IMG/VR virus record: IMGVR_UViG_3300003890_000014
Location: 32,001 to 96,000 of that record
Source: a virus
DNA length: 64,000 bases
Reading direction: 5' to 3' (one strand)
Under the pieces are notes generated by a model that was given only the letters and a program-made list of their open reading frames with translations, searched no databases and was not told the DNA's origin. Positions within the stretch are counted from its first letter, which is position 1; each line of letters begins with the position of its first letter. Shown here piece by piece: positions 1-8,808 of this stretch. Made by a program: the position numbers and the translations under genes.

Positions 1-2344
1 GCTCTGCCAGGATTGGAATATCAATTTGCTTAGTAATTGAATTATTCTCCATTGCATCTTTTAGCAGCTCTGCTGCCATATTAGCATGTTCGTCACGTAT
101 AATGCAAGTAATTTCGTCGTGAACTTGTAAAGAAATCCAACCATCGATTTTATGAGCTTTGAGACTCTTTGCGAGTTTAATCATAGCCGCATTACATACG
201 TGTGCAGCAGTGGCTTGGATTGGAAAGTTTTTAGAATTGTTTAATCCATTACGAAATTTATAGTACATGAGTTCACCGAATTCGTCTCCGTACTTTTGTT
301 TCATTTTGTGTTTATTATAAATATTTGGACCATATCTTTTATAAAGATCAGCAGTCTCATTGAGATGTCGAACCCTTCCGAATTGAGTCCTAACTGTGCC
401 ATAAGTACGAGCTTGAAACTCTTGATTTGACATATACTCTCTTAGCATTGGGTAAGCGTCAAGATAATTGTCAATAATCTGTTTTGCTTCCATAGGATCA
501 ACTTTCATTATACCAGCAATACGGTATTCATTCGCACCATATGGAACGGCCAAAGTGAAAGTTTTTGAGAGTTGTCGTTTATCAGGTTCTACCTTTTTAA
601 GATAATTTTCGTCACTTTCCCTAGCGGAAACGTCGGTTAATCCGAACACGTCAATTGCAATTTGAGAGTAAAGATCTAAACCTTCTCTCCATACTGTTTT
701 AAGACCTTCGTCCCCCGATACCCAACTAAAAATTCTAGGTTCAAGAGATGAAAAATCTGCGTTTACTACTTTGTATCCAGGAGGGGCAATAAATCCAGTT
801 TTAATTCTCTTATCGTCTCTGGGAAGGGTTTGTAAGTTGAGTCCTCCAGCACAAGAAAACCTACCAGAAGTAGTTCCAAACTGAAGCATAGAAGGGTAAA
901 GCCAACCGTTAATATTAGTTTCGATAATGGGTTTAATATATGTATTTAATAGCTTCTCTTCTTTTTTTAATTTCACAAAATCCGCCATAAACGGAAGATG
1001 CATATACTCCTCAAGTGACTCTTTATCCACTTGTGGTTTGTTAGTTTTTTTGGAGTATTTTTTTGGTTTCTCGCCATACTTCTGAAAAAGAAGCCAAGCA
1101 AGATCGTCATTTGACGCTAAATTAAAAATTTCAGGAAGATCTGGGTGAGATTCGACAAAAATAGAACGCTTTATGTCATAGATAACGCTTTTAGGCAAAA
1201 CTGGGCCAGTATCTGCTGGATCGGGAATCATCTCAATGACCTCAATTTTAGATATTTGCCCGTCTTGTTCTACTTCTTTTTCGACCTTAACTTCTATGAG
1301 TTTAGGACTATGAAGAAGCCATTCTATAGCTGGATGGCCTGGATATGCGGAAATTAAAGGTTGCAGTGCACTTTTAGCCAGTGTGGGCTTGCCCGTCCGT
1401 TTATTTGAAGGAATCGGGATTTCATAATAACGCAACACTCTTTCAGCAAATTTTCCAGTCCTGGTTTCTTTAATCTTTTCGTCTAGAATCTGCCTTACAT
1501 AAGGCTCGATATCTTTTCGGATTTTATCAAAGATAGATCCAGTTAATTCGATTATACCACGTTCTACATCTTTCTCAAGTTTTTTAAAATATTCTAAGTC
1601 GATGAAAATCCCCCCTGATTTCATGGGGATAGTACAGTTCTTATACAGAGGCATTACCTCTTCTTCATAGAAAAATTTATCTAATCGTTCTTTGACGAGA
1701 CGATCTTGTAAATACTCATATAATCGAAGGGTTAGGTCCACGTCAGCGCAAGCATATTTTCCGATTATTTCTACGTTGCCCTTATAAATATCCTTTTGAG
1801 TCTTCGTAAACTTGCCGCCATTGCGTTTTACAGATTCCCCAAGCTCTAGTTGTTCTTGGTTTGCTACTTCCTCTTCAGGGATGCCTAAATGGGCTTTATA
1901 GAGGATTGCGATGTCTTTTAAACCAAAAGGTTGTTCCTCATCCACAGTATGCTTCATGAGGATGGTATCAGCGTATAAAGCAGGTGTTAAATCAATCCCG
2001 TAACGGTTTTTGATAACTGTAATATCGAACACGCCATTATGCATTATAAGTTTCTTATTGAGCAAGAATGAGCAAAGCTCTTCGACAAAAGTTTGCTCAA
2101 CTTCTTTTGGCATATAGCTTACAAGAGTCTCGTTCTTCCATACTCTGAAAGGAATATAAACCCCTTCGTCTACAAAGGAAGTAACGGCAATACCGATAAC
2201 CTCTGCGGTTTTTTCTACCGCACTATTAGTTTCGATATCGAATGATACGTAGTCGTGCCCAGCTTCTTCTAAAAAATCAAGAACCCGATTGAGGCTCTCG
2301 TTTAAATCGGCTGAAGGGACTATCAGTTGGTACTTCTTGTCCAT
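1..2344 (-). CDS. polA: DNA polymerase family A with 3'-5' exonuclease (3' end truncated by window)
   Basis: Not in the ORF track; translated by hand from ATG 2344 (MDKKYQLIVP). Exo motifs SFDIET, HNGVFD, YACADVD; GTTSGRFS; motif A NADFSSLEPR; motif B RQLSKTFTLAVPYG; NFPIQATAA; motif C QVHDEI. Overlaps the helicase 3' end by 68 nt. Confidence 0.96.
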   Translation of the reverse strand, partial: MDKKYQLIVPSADLNESLNRVLDFLEEAGHDYVSFDIETNSAVEKTAEVIGIAVTSFVDEGVYIPFRVWKNETLVSYMPKEVEQTFVEELCSFLLNKKLIMHNGVFDITVIKNRYGIDLTPALYADTILMKHTVDEEQPFGLKDIAILYKAHLGIPEEEVANQEQLELGESVKRNGGKFTKTQKDIYKGNVEIIGKYACADVDLTLRLYEYLQDRLVKERLDKFFYEEEVMPLYKNCTIPMKSGGIFIDLEYFKKLEKDVERGIIELTGSIFDKIRKDIEPYVRQILDEKIKETRTGKFAERVLRYYEIPIPSNKRTGKPTLAKSALQPLISAYPGHPAIEWLLHSPKLIEVKVEKEVEQDGQISKIEVIEMIPDPADTGPVLPKSVIYDIKRSIFVESHPDLPEIFNLASNDDLAWLLFQKYGEKPKKYSKKTNKPQVDKESLEEYMHLPFMADFVKLKKEEKLLNTYIKPIIETNINGWLYPSMLQFGTTSGRFSCAGGLNLQTLPRDDKRIKTGFIAPPGYKVVNADFSSLEPRIFSWVSGDEGLKTVWREGLDLYSQIAIDVFGLTDVSARESDENYLKKVEPDKRQLSKTFTLAVPYGANEYRIAGIMKVDPMEAKQIIDNYLDAYPMLREYMSNQEFQARTYGTVRTQFGRVRHLNETADLYKRYGPNIYNKHKMKQKYGDEFGELMYYKFRNGLNNSKNFPIQATAAHVCNAAMIKLAKSLKAHKIDGWISLQVHDEITCIIRDEHANMAAELLKDAMENNSITKQIDIPILAE

Positions 2345-4400
2345 TATTCTCTTTCTGCTTTTTTACCTTTTGTAAACTTTCACTTAACCGTTGAGTAGAA
2401 GGTTGGGGAGTATCTTCTTGACGATCTCGATAAGCTTCATCAATAAAAGGATCAAAAGTAACATCAAGATTAGCTTGTTGACACTGATTTCTATAGGTTT
2501 CAAATTCACTACGAGTTACTTCTCTAATAGCGCCTTTGCGCCCATCCCATTTAAATACCATCTCTCCGAGAGGTCCAGAACGATTTTTACCAATATACAC
2601 ATTCATAAAAGCGTCATCACCTTGAAGTCCAGATCCGAACGGTCTCCATACGTTAATAACCGCCGTAGCGCCTTCTTCCCATGCTCCTGAGTCTTTAGAT
2701 ACTCGACTCGTTCGTAGAGGATCAGTATGATCTCCATTCTCACGAGATACTTGAGATAGAAACATAATGTGAGTCTTAGTACGTTTTGAAACATCGTTTG
2801 CAAGTAATGCATTATGCGTTGAGTTTGCATATTGATTATCAAACTCTCCAGGGATTCGACCCGCATAATCAACAAAAATCATACGAATATCAATCCCCTT
2901 AGCTTTAGCATTATTTACAGTCGTCTCAATAACCGGAAGACTTGCGGAAGATACGAAACTAAAGAGGGTAAAAGGGTATTGATCATGCACGGCTTGAATA
3001 ACCTCTTCAATGATAGTGGTATTTTTAGTATGGATATTAAAAGCAGCTTCAATTTGAGAAGGGGAATAGTGAGTACATTTTGAACCCAATTTCTCCATCA
3101 CACTGGGAAGAGACATATCAAGAGAGAAAAAAGCGTGGTGCATTTTTTGGGCGTTCAAAGTTTCCATGATATGAACTACCATAGAGGTTTTACCTGATCC
3201 ATTTGCTCCATTAATGATTGAGAAATTTTCGGGACGAAGACGAACTCTTTCATCGATCCAAGTAAGACCTGTTTTTGGATATTCTTGTAGAGCCTCTTCA
3301 CCGTACTTGATATATTGATTGGTGATATCTCTAATAGTGAGAAGATCCTTATTATTAAGACGATTCTCTTTGCAGCATGGGCCATATCCAATATCGCATT
3401 TATTTTGAAGAAATCTATCAGTCTCACAACTAAAAGTTCCACCTTTCCATTTGGTAGAATATACTTCTGAGATTTCTCGTTCCAACTCAGCTTTATCAAT
3501 CTCTTTAGCATCTGGGTATCTAGCTGCTCGTTTAGTAAGAGCTTTCTCTATAAGGAGAGTAGCGTGCTCTCGACTGAAATCTCGGCCTCGATAATGAGCA
3601 GCAAGTCTTAGTACTGAATTATGTCGTTCGCCTGGAGTAAAGTAACCTTGCTCCAAAGCGTAAAAACATCTACGCATGTTCGGAGGACAATCTGAGAAAT
3701 CAATCTCATTTTGAACATTAGGATCTTTTTTGATCTCTACGACATTATTCTCAATTGACGCCACAGCTAGTAGATACTTAGTCTTCAAACTAGTAGCATC
3801 TACTGGTACAGTGTCAAATTGCTCAAATCGAGGGTTTTTAGCAAGAGTTCTAATATCAAGTTCGGACAAATTCGTAAGCTCTTCAATAGCTAAGGGGATC
3901 TTAAAAAGTTCAGAATCTTGATGCTTTGTATTCTCGATTCTAAAAATTCGAGTCACGTTATAGACTGAAGTATCAAATACATCGTTAGGCACTCCGCAAT
4001 CCTTTGCGAAATTATAACATATAGCCTGAACTTCTTTTGGAGTAAACTTATTAGTAGTTCTTAAAAGAATGTGAATTCCCTTATTACCGCTAAAGTAGAC
4101 TTCTGTTGCGTCTAAGTATCCCAAAGCTTCAAGAGCAGTACAAATCTGTTTTGCAGAAATCCTAGCTCGTTCGAAGTTCACTTTACAATCTAGATCAAAG
4201 AATGGAGTGTTAGTCCACGCTTGACCAGTATACCCTTTGATACTGTGATTATTTTTATCCCAGTATTTTTGAGCATCCTCGCCATAAGTGTAAACTGATC
4301 TATACCAATCGATGTTTCTGTCGGTAATGATCGCTTCAACCTTATCAGGATGGACCAATATCCCACGGTCAGAGACCGTCTTAGTGACTCGTACTAGCAT
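2277..4400 (-). CDS. Fused AEP-type primase / SF4 (DnaB-like) helicase
   Basis: AEP motifs FFDLD, FSGNKGIH, RIFRIENTKH; PriCT-like GERHNSV; Cys cluster; Walker A GANGSGKT, FVDY, LSQVSRE, KNRSG. Confidence 0.88.
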   Translation of the reverse strand: MLVRVTKTVSDRGILVHPDKVEAIITDRNIDWYRSVYTYGEDAQKYWDKNNHSIKGYTGQAWTNTPFFDLDCKVNFERARISAKQICTALEALGYLDATEVYFSGNKGIHILLRTTNKFTPKEVQAICYNFAKDCGVPNDVFDTSVYNVTRIFRIENTKHQDSELFKIPLAIEELTNLSELDIRTLAKNPRFEQFDTVPVDATSLKTKYLLAVASIENNVVEIKKDPNVQNEIDFSDCPPNMRRCFYALEQGYFTPGERHNSVLRLAAHYRGRDFSREHATLLIEKALTKRAARYPDAKEIDKAELEREISEVYSTKWKGGTFSCETDRFLQNKCDIGYGPCCKENRLNNKDLLTIRDITNQYIKYGEEALQEYPKTGLTWIDERVRLRPENFSIINGANGSGKTSMVVHIMETLNAQKMHHAFFSLDMSLPSVMEKLGSKCTHYSPSQIEAAFNIHTKNTTIIEEVIQAVHDQYPFTLFSFVSSASLPVIETTVNNAKAKGIDIRMIFVDYAGRIPGEFDNQYANSTHNALLANDVSKRTKTHIMFLSQVSRENGDHTDPLRTSRVSKDSGAWEEGATAVINVWRPFGSGLQGDDAFMNVYIGKNRSGPLGEMVFKWDGRKGAIREVTRSEFETYRNQCQQANLDVTFDPFIDEAYRDRQEDTPQPSTQRLSESLQKVKKQKENNGQEVPTDSPFSRFKREPQSGS

Positions 4401-4418
4401 GGGGTTTTCTAACTGATT

Positions 4419-4802
4419 TTAGTTCTTAAGCAAAAGATGGCCGATAACGAAATCTTTATCATTTTCATTTGTTTGAAAAGATACAAGAAGAGTATCGCCA
4501 GATCTTAGAGTTAAGCTCTCTGTTTCTTTTGGAAGATATATTTTACAGTTAAGCTTGATTTCAGATCCTTTAAGATCTTGTTTGATTACGTTCGCAAGCT
4601 CGTCGTTAACAGACTTAGGAACAGTCAAAGATCCAATTCGAGAAAATGGGAATTTCTTTTCCCCATTCGAATAACCTTCTGAACGACTGCTACCACCTGA
4701 ACGACCAGAAAAACGACTACCTCCAGAATTACCTGAAGATTGCTGCATTTGACCGCCACCTGAACTGAATCGTGAATTACGTTTAAAACCTGACATTTTC
4801 AT
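4419..4802 (-). CDS. Hypothetical replication-operon protein with Gly/Ser/Arg-rich N-terminus (possible ssDNA-binding protein)
   Basis: AGGAG RBS; lies between the annealing protein and primase; beta-rich C-terminal half. Function inferred from context only. Confidence 0.5.
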   Translation of the reverse strand: MKMSGFKRNSRFSSGGGQMQQSSGNSGGSRFSGRSGGSSRSEGYSNGEKKFPFSRIGSLTVPKSVNDELANVIKQDLKGSEIKLNCKIYLPKETESLTLRSGDTLLVSFQTNENDKDFVIGHLLLKN

Positions 4803-4822
4803 TTTCTCCTAATTATTATTGT

Positions 4823-5308
4823 TTAACTTTCATTCTTCTTAAACTTACTCATGTTAAAGCGAGAGGTTGTTTTTAACTTAGCTGGGGCATCTGGTTGCCC
4901 TTCGGCACCAGCTACGTCAGCCTCGGTCGTTTTAGTGAGTAACTCTTCTTTGTTCTGCTTGAAGCGACTCATCTCGTCAGCAGAAGCAATCGATTTCTCG
5001 ATTTTAAAACCTAAAATTGCAAGGGCACGGCCAATAGCTACCGTTTCAGTGTATTCTAATACTTTTTCACCAAGAAGTTCGCTTGGGAGAAAGGCGTGTC
5101 CAGTAGCAGAAGCAAGTCCTGTGAGTCCATATTCTTGTCCGTCATTAGGATCTTTACAAATTACTGCTCTAACCAAAAGTCCATCCTGGTTAGATTCTAC
5201 AAAAGTATTAATCCTACCATTTGGATATTTACTCCAAAATTCATTAAGACGTTCGTTAACTTTGACATAGGAGTTTTCATTAAACTCTGAATCTTTAAAC
5301 TTATTCAT
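4823..5308 (-). CDS. Putative single-strand annealing protein (Rad52/Sak-like)
   Basis: YVKVNERL...YPNGRI...ATGHA...ETVAIGRALAILGF pattern; near an exonuclease gene. Confidence 0.55.
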   Translation of the reverse strand: MNKFKDSEFNENSYVKVNERLNEFWSKYPNGRINTFVESNQDGLLVRAVICKDPNDGQEYGLTGLASATGHAFLPSELLGEKVLEYTETVAIGRALAILGFKIEKSIASADEMSRFKQNKEELLTKTTEADVAGAEGQPDAPAKLKTTSRFNMSKFKKNES

Positions 5309-5714
5309 TTAAAAACCTCTTTAAATATTTAGTTGCATTTTTTAGTGATTTCATATTTTCTTTTAGATATCCAATCCCGTTATTACAGTTATTACAGAGT
5401 AATCCTCTAATTTTTCCAGTTTTATGACAATGATCGACTACCAATATCTTAGTCAATGCTTCTTCTGACTTCTCACAAATTAAACACTTATAATTTTGTT
5501 TAATCGCCATCTTCTCTCTTTGTTTCCATGTACACCCATAAAATCTTTTAAGAGCATAATTTCTAAGCCTATTAGGATTAGCTTTTCGCCACTGAGTCCC
5601 GTAAGCATATGCACACTGTTTACACCAGATAGCGTATCCATCTGGATCAGCTTTTCTTTTAAAGAAAGAGCTAACTTTTTTTCTTTTACGACATTTAGAA
5701 CAAACTTTAGTCAT
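5301..5714 (-). CDS. Endonuclease VII-family nuclease with N-terminal Zn finger (resolvase or homing endonuclease)
   Basis: CLIC...VVDHCHKTGKIRGLLCNNCNNGIG; N-terminal CSKC...DG...WCKQC. Confidence 0.85.
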   Translation of the reverse strand: MTKVCSKCRKRKKVSSFFKRKADPDGYAIWCKQCAYAYGTQWRKANPNRLRNYALKRFYGCTWKQREKMAIKQNYKCLICEKSEEALTKILVVDHCHKTGKIRGLLCNNCNNGIGYLKENMKSLKNATKYLKRFLNE

Positions 5715-6827
5715 TTATTCTCCAATCTTTACTTTATCAGATTCAACAAGTGTTGTCAATGAATTTTTCTCTTCGAGATGAGAGATTTCAGAAGCTTGTT
5801 TTCTTTTCCAACACATATCGTAAAACTCGCAAGGTCTATTATAAAGATTACAGTTACTTGGGTTCTTATAATTAATGTTATTTTTAATTGCGGTTGCAAT
5901 GTTCATATAATCGTCTAGAACTTCTTCAAGTTCTTCAGTTTGATACTCTTTGCAGATAAATTGTACTCCGGCATCGAAGTCTTTAAGAGTACATTTACCT
6001 TTGCCGCAAGCAACACATTTTATTGATCGTCCTTCTTTTGGAGCACCACATTGATCGCATCGGTACTTAACTTGCATTTTCTTCAATAGAACAATATATC
6101 CAGCTCTATTAGTCCCTACTTCTTGCCCTAATGAGGCTACATAAGTTCTAAGCTGCTCTGAGCTAATCAAGGAGTGATCAGTATAAGGAGCGCCAGAGGT
6201 CTTTAAGTCTATTATAATAGGCGCTGTGTAGTCTTCGTGAGTAACTACATAATCCACAAATCCAGTAATTTTATCACCTTCGTTATTAGTAATCGTAATG
6301 TCTTTTTGAATGAGCGGAACACCATCTTTTGATACGATTTTAAGCTTAGGTAAAAGCTTTTCATAAAAAGCCCTAATCATATACATTCCTCGAATTTGAC
6401 AGCAAAGCCACATAATCCGATTATAGAAGATATGATCTTTAGGTCGAAGATCTTCTCGTTTATTTTTTTCAGCGATCTCATCAAAAAGTTCTGACCAATG
6501 AAGCATGAAATCTAGTTCAAGTTCTTTAACCCAACTTTCAATTAATGGAAGATCTTCTTCTGCGATAATACTATTATCAAAGTCGGATACCATATAAGAC
6601 ACGTCAGTATCAAATATCGCTTTCCAGTCTGATTCAAACTTAGCGTGAGCTTCATCCAGAGATTTACCTAAGAATAAAAGGGTAATAGCATCTTCAAGAG
6701 CTTTACCGAAAGCAAATGCGGAAGGATTTTGTTTAACTTTATATTTCCTAGAATTGTAATATTTAGTAGGACAAGTCTTAAAATTAGAAGCTGCTGAATA
6801 ACTGATTTGAAAATTCTTTTTACTCAT
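5715..6827 (-). CDS. PD-(D/E)xK Cas4/RecB-like exonuclease with inserted Zn ribbon
   Basis: ISYS...CP, GFVD, IDLKTS, QLRTY, C-terminal C...CEFYDMC; inserted CDQC/CVAC. ATG 6827 preferred to TTG 6851. Confidence 0.82.
   Translation of the reverse strand: MSKKNFQISYSAASNFKTCPTKYYNSRKYKVKQNPSAFAFGKALEDAITLLFLGKSLDEAHAKFESDWKAIFDTDVSYMVSDFDNSIIAEEDLPLIESWVKELELDFMLHWSELFDEIAEKNKREDLRPKDHIFYNRIMWLCCQIRGMYMIRAFYEKLLPKLKIVSKDGVPLIQKDITITNNEGDKITGFVDYVVTHEDYTAPIIIDLKTSGAPYTDHSLISSEQLRTYVASLGQEVGTNRAGYIVLLKKMQVKYRCDQCGAPKEGRSIKCVACGKGKCTLKDFDAGVQFICKEYQTEELEEVLDDYMNIATAIKNNINYKNPSNCNLYNRPCEFYDMCWKRKQASEISHLEEKNSLTTLVESDKVKIGE
5731..5759 (-). promoter_or_regulatory. Sigma70-type promoter inside the 3' end of the nuclease gene
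   Basis: TTGACA-17 nt-TAAAGT with extended TG; faces the endoVII-primase-polymerase genes. Confidence 0.65.
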
Positions 6828-6881
6828 TTTCAGGTTCCCATATAATGGCAAATTACTTTAATCATTTCACTTCGTTGCATA

Positions 6882-8537
6882 TCAACCCAATCCCATCATT
6901 GCAGCTAAGGGGTTTGGTTGTCCATCTTTCGATTCAAGATCACTAACTACAGCGCCGCCAGTAGTGAGAAGTAGTCCGGCAATAGAAACTGCGTTCTCAA
7001 GGGCAGATTTAGTTACCTTAAGAGGGTCAACAATACCTTTCTCAAGAAGAACTACATATTCCTTCTCAGCCGCATCATAACCTTGACCTTTGGGCATATG
7101 ACTTAAAATTACGTCTGGATTTTCACCTACGTTTGCAATGATCTGTTTAATAGGCGCAGATAGAGCTTCTTTCATAATGTTCTCAGCCAACGTGCTTGAT
7201 CCTATTGCTTGAGAAATCAAATAAAGAGCATATCCACCGCCTGGTAAAATACCTTCAGCCATAGCTACTCGGCCTGCACAAAGGGCATCTTCAATTCGGT
7301 CGTAGCGTTCTTTCATTTCAAGTTCTGATTCTCCGCCCACTTTAATAACAGCGATACCACCTGTAAGTTTGCCAATTCTACGTCTAAGATTTTCTTGATC
7401 TAATTCAGGAAGATTAAGAGTTTCAAGTTGTTTTTTAAGATCATCAACTCGTTTTAGAATTTCTTCTTCAGAACCATGACCACCAAAAAATACAGTGTCT
7501 TCGGCTCCAATTTCAATTCGATCTGCCCAACCTACATGCTCTTCTTTAATATCTTTAAGATCAATAATTCCACGAGCAGTGACTTTGCCTCCAAGAAGAG
7601 AAGCCATATCTTCGAGCATTTGAGTTCTAGCATTTGGTGAGCCATCAAAAGGAGCTTTAATAGCTGCTAAAGGGAGTTTGCCTTGAACTCTAGCTTGAAC
7701 AATTTGATTTTTAACATCATCAGAAAATTCATAAGCTACAATACAAAGAGGGAAAGGATTAGCAAATCCACCATCTTGAGAAACGCCCCATACAATCTTA
7801 AGAAGCTCAGTTACATCTAGTACTTCTTTGATCTCTCCGGCATATAAAACTACGGCAGCATTATCGAGTTCGCAAATATTACGAACTTTGTCATTAACCA
7901 TTAGATAACCCAGACCGCCGAAACGTCTCCAGCCTTGGGCATATTTAGTCCCTTCAACTACCTGAAGGGAAGTATCCTTTGTATATCCTTCTTCAAGAGT
8001 GACATGCCCATCTTCACCTACTGCTTTAAGAGCCTCGTAAACGATCTGAGCAACGTCTTCGTCACCATTAGCAGAAATCTTAGCTACTTCTCGGACTTCT
8101 TCAAATCCAATAGGAATAGCAACTTCGGTTAGCTTTTCAATGATTTTAGTTTTAAGTTCTTTAATTTGATTATAAAGTTGAATACCATTCAAACCTTGTT
8201 TAATGTGTTTATATCCAGCTTTATATATAGCCTCGGCAAGTACTACCGCAGTAGTTGTACCATCGCCTGTTTGATTTACGGTATTTTGAGCTACTTGAAT
8301 AATAGCTTGAGCGATTGTGTTTTTAGCGGGGTTCCTAAACGAGATACTCTGTGCAACTGATACCCCATCTTTTGTAATGATAGGCCAACGTGGTGAACCA
8401 TCAGGATTTGAACCTTGTTGTTGAAGGATAATAGGATTACCGCCTGGGCCTAGCGTCTGTTTTACTAACGCCGCCATCTCAGTAATAGTCTCTAAAGCAA
8501 TCAGTTTAGTCTGATCAGAATTATACAGCTTCTTCAT
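6882..8537 (-). CDS. groEL: Phage-encoded chaperonin GroEL/Cpn60
   Basis: TLGPGG, ITKDGVSVA, GDGTTT, ISANGD, KLTGGIAVIKVGG, RIEDAL, GIVDPLKVT; likely start MKKLYN at 8537. Confidence 0.96.
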   Translation of the reverse strand: MKKLYNSDQTKLIALETITEMAALVKQTLGPGGNPIILQQQGSNPDGSPRWPIITKDGVSVAQSISFRNPAKNTIAQAIIQVAQNTVNQTGDGTTTAVVLAEAIYKAGYKHIKQGLNGIQLYNQIKELKTKIIEKLTEVAIPIGFEEVREVAKISANGDEDVAQIVYEALKAVGEDGHVTLEEGYTKDTSLQVVEGTKYAQGWRRFGGLGYLMVNDKVRNICELDNAAVVLYAGEIKEVLDVTELLKIVWGVSQDGGFANPFPLCIVAYEFSDDVKNQIVQARVQGKLPLAAIKAPFDGSPNARTQMLEDMASLLGGKVTARGIIDLKDIKEEHVGWADRIEIGAEDTVFFGGHGSEEEILKRVDDLKKQLETLNLPELDQENLRRRIGKLTGGIAVIKVGGESELEMKERYDRIEDALCAGRVAMAEGILPGGGYALYLISQAIGSSTLAENIMKEALSAPIKQIIANVGENPDVILSHMPKGQGYDAAEKEYVVLLEKGIVDPLKVTKSALENAVSIAGLLLTTGGAVVSDLESKDGQPNPLAAMMGLG

Positions 8538-8721
8538 TTGAAGGGATCTCCTCACTTCTGGCAACCATGCGTTCTGCACTACGCTGCGTTTCTGCGTCAG
8601 CAATAATGGATAAGATCAGATTTTCTAAATCTTCAGGCATTCCCTTTCGGATTTGCGCAATCTTATTATCGTTTAACCAACCATGAAGAAACTCAAGGGT
8701 CTTGATTTTTAATCCATTCAT
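8521..8721 (-). CDS. Small hypothetical protein, first gene of the leftward early operon
   Basis: ORF directly below the promoter, overlapping the groEL start; start may be 8721 or 8730. Confidence 0.55.
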   Translation of the reverse strand: MNGLKIKTLEFLHGWLNDNKIAQIRKGMPEDLENLILSIIADAETQRSAERMVARSEEIPSNEEAV

Positions 8722-8728
8722 ATTGTCC

Positions 8729-8757
8729 ATACTACTAAATCCTTCCTACATTGTCAA
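8729..8757 (-). promoter_or_regulatory. Sigma70 promoter (leftward)
   Basis: TTGACA-17 nt-TAGTAT. Confidence 0.75.
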
Positions 8758-8771
8758 GAGTAAAATAATAT

Positions 8772-8800
8772 TTGACTTGTGTAGTTGAAACTGTTATCTT
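8772..8800 (+). promoter_or_regulatory. Sigma70 promoter (rightward)
   Basis: TTGACT-17 nt-TATCTT with extended TG. Confidence 0.75.
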
Positions 8801-8808
8801 TAACAGAC

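Noticed and set aside
1145-1357. 70-aa plus-strand ORF in an apparently empty 2.3 kb region
   Set aside because: The region is occupied by the minus-strand DNA polymerase.
5715-6827. Cas4-like gene as part of a CRISPR-Cas system
   Set aside because: Stand-alone in a recombination operon; no array or other cas genes.
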